The notes under the pieces were generated by a model. That model worked only from the letters and a program-made list of their open reading frames with translations, made no database searches and had not been told where the DNA came from. Source: Mesotaenium endlicherianum (Eukaryota). From it: a DNA stretch of 20,000 nt. Where the stretch lies: positions 286,383 through 306,382 of the forward strand of contig WELA01003606.1 of the NCBI GenBank assembly GCA_009602735.1, written 5' to 3'. Shown here piece after piece: positions 17,886-20,000 of this stretch (position 1 is its first letter; every line of letters begins with the position of its first letter). A program made the translations under genes and the position numbers.

Positions 17886-20000
17886 TTAGTTTTTCCTCTT
17901 TGTGGTTCTTGCAGGCTGCCTCCAAGGGGTCTTCTGCTGCTTCTTGATGGTGGCAGGCTGCCTCCCTGAAGTCTTTGGGCTTCTAGTAGAGAGACTTGAG
18001 ACTGGTCCAAGATGGGGGTTGGCGGCATGGAAGCGCTTCAATTTTCTCTGAACTTTGTCAAGGTAGTGCGCCGCCACCCAACTATTCTCCGAATCTGGAT
18101 ATCCTTTCCACTTGATCAAGTATTGCTGCTGTCTCCTGAAATTTCTCATAGCCACTATGTCTTCCTTTTTGTGCTCAAAATGATCATCCACTACTGTTGG
18201 GGCTAGTGGAGTTGTCACACGTCCTGGGAACTTGTTGTCGGGTTGCACATATGGCTTGAAGAGGGAAGCGTGGAATACGGGGTTGATGTGCATAGTCTGG
18301 GGTAGTTCTAGCTTGAAAGCAACGGGGTTGACTTGCTGGATAATCTTGAAGGGTCCCAAATACTTGGGAGAGAACTTGCTGCCGGCAGGCCTGTTGTTCA
18401 GGGAAATGTTCTTGGATGATAGTAACACGTTGTCACCCACTCTGTACGTAATTTCTCTTCTGGATCTGTTCGCCACTCTTGCTTGAGCATCTTGCGCGTG
18501 TTGTAGAGCTTTCTTCGCTGCTGTAAGGGCTGCTTCTAATGTCTCCATAAAATCTGTGGCTGCAGGTACTTCATCATGGCCAGCCGTGAAGCTCAGTGGC
18601 GTGGTCGGATGGAAGCCATAGTTGAGGAAGAATGGGGACTCTTGGGTAGAGGCCTGCGTAGTGTTGTTGTAGGCAAACTCGAGGGGGGTCAAGTACATGT
18701 CCCAGTCTTGCTCCAGGGTAGACACGTAGGCCTTTAAAGAGGTCTTTTGGGTACGATTCATACGCTCGGTTTGCCCATCTGATTGTGGGTGGTAGGCGGT
18801 AGACATATCCAGCGATGTACCCAAGTTCTTGAAGAGATTTTTCCAGAAATGGCTTGTGAATCTTGGATTTCTATCTGACACAATTTTTGATGGTAGTCCA
18901 TGGAGTCGGAAGATGTTGTCAAAGATGAGCCTTGCAAGTTGTGGTGCTGTAGCCTTAGTCGTCGTGGGAATAAAATGAGCCATCTTGGTAAGTCTGTCCA
19001 CCACCGTGAGTATTGCATTATGGCCATGAGGTGTCACGGGCAAGTCCACAATGTCCGTCCATTGACTTTCGGGGATTGTTAGTGGTTGGAGGAGTCCTCC
19101 CGCCTTTTGCGATGATGGCTTGATTCTTTGGCATGTGTCACAGCTCCTGCAGTACTTCTTGACTTGCTTAGACATACCTGGCCAGCAATAANACCTGGCC
19201 AGCAATAAGTCCTGGCTAGAACGCCCGTGGTCCTTAGGATTCCAAAGCGTCCTTTAAGAGGGTTGTCGTGTGCTTCTTGTAGAAGCAAGAGCCGGAGGTC
19301 TAAGTCATTAGGAAAACATCTCTGGCCCGTGTCTTGCCTCACCCAATAATTGCCTTCTTGCTTCTTGTATGGGTCCAAGGCTGCTTCTCCGTTCTTGTAG
19401 TAAGGGTCTCTTTCATAGGCGGCTGAAAATCGAGCTTCCAGATCTGTCTTCAGGGATGTCATCACTGCGTTTAATTGCAGTCTTGAGAGGGGGTCAGCCG
19501 GGTTTGTCTTGCCGGGCTGGTACTGAATCGTGATGTTGTATTGTTGCAAGTATCCGCTCCATCTTGCTTGTCTCCTTGAGAGATACGGCTGCGTCTGGAG
19601 GTGCTTTAACGCCTCGTGGTCGGTGGTGACCAGCACCTTGCGTCCTTCAACGTAGCAGCGCCAAACCTTCAAGGCATGTACAATCGCCAATGCCTCTCGC
19701 TCCGTGGTTGTATAATTTTGCTCGGCCGGATTTAGCTTCCTTGACTCGTAGGCAATGGGCTGGAGTCCCTTGCCTTGGTCTTGAAGCAGGATTGCTCCTA
19801 TTGCATAGCAAGATGCATCGGTGATCACGTGGAAGGGCCAATCTGGGTTTGGACTTGGGAGAGTGAGCACCGGGGATGTGGTCAATCTTCGCTTTAACTC
19901 GTGAAATGCCTCTGCCTCTTTCTTGGTCCATGTATAAAGCCTGTCCTTCTTGAGTAGATCTGTCAGGGGGGCTGCTATGTGCGAGAAGCTTTGGATGAAT
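17886..20000 (-). pseudogene. pol: Element B pol, C-terminal part (RNase H, integrase, chromodomain); open frame but integrase motifs damaged
   Basis: IAAPLTDLLKK, TDASCYAIGAIL, QPIAYESRKL, TDHEAL, CRSCDTCQR, QSDGQTER, YLGPF, YLIKWKGYPDSENSW. The two ORFs join in frame if the 17-nt N-containing duplication at 19176-19208 is collapsed. Confidence 0.93.
19176..19208. other. Probable assembly join: 16-bp exact duplication around a single N
   Basis: ACCTGGCCAGCAATAA-N-ACCTGGCCAGCAATAA; removing 17 nt restores …ARTYCWPGMSKQ…. Confidence 0.85.

Larger units (their letters stand above)
16614..20000 (-). mobile_element. Element B: Ty3/Gypsy chromovirus, 3' half (continues past the window)
   Basis: Minus-strand RT connection-RNaseH-IN-chromodomain, about 770 bp of 3' non-coding sequence, PPT and 3' LTR. 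Confidence 0.95.

Noticed and set aside
19176..19208. Biological frameshift or insertion footprint between RNase H and integrase of element B
   Set aside because: An exact 16-bp duplication around a single N is typical of an unmerged contig overlap, and collapsing it restores the frame.

Overview
Eukaryotic repeat-dense DNA made entirely of nested, mostly decayed Ty3/Gypsy LTR retrotransposons; no host gene is visible. Plant-type tRNA-iMet primer sites and chromoviral pol motifs point to the green-plant lineage. Four families can be separated. D is the oldest: a GC-rich minus-strand element (1-395, 1149-4500, 11010-12950) with a two-knuckle Gag, a very long linker, an atypical aspartic protease and no RT inside the window. 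Family A is a full-length plus-strand chromovirus (4501-11009, 744-bp LTRs, TSD CCCAC/CCCGC) plus a solo LTR (396-1148, minus), both inserted in D. Family C (plus strand, 12951-16613, 5' LTR-gag-pro-partial RT) sits upstream of D's gag. Family B is the youngest: a solo LTR (9381-9879, TSD ACAGG) inside A's integrase, and a minus-strand element (3' LTR 16614-17116, pol running off the right edge) inside C's RT. The most interesting signals are element D's unusual architecture (possibly related to methyltransferase-carrying Gypsy elements, unproven here), a reconstructable -1 frameshift signal in A, and splice-like signals in D's leader and antisense to B's 3' end.
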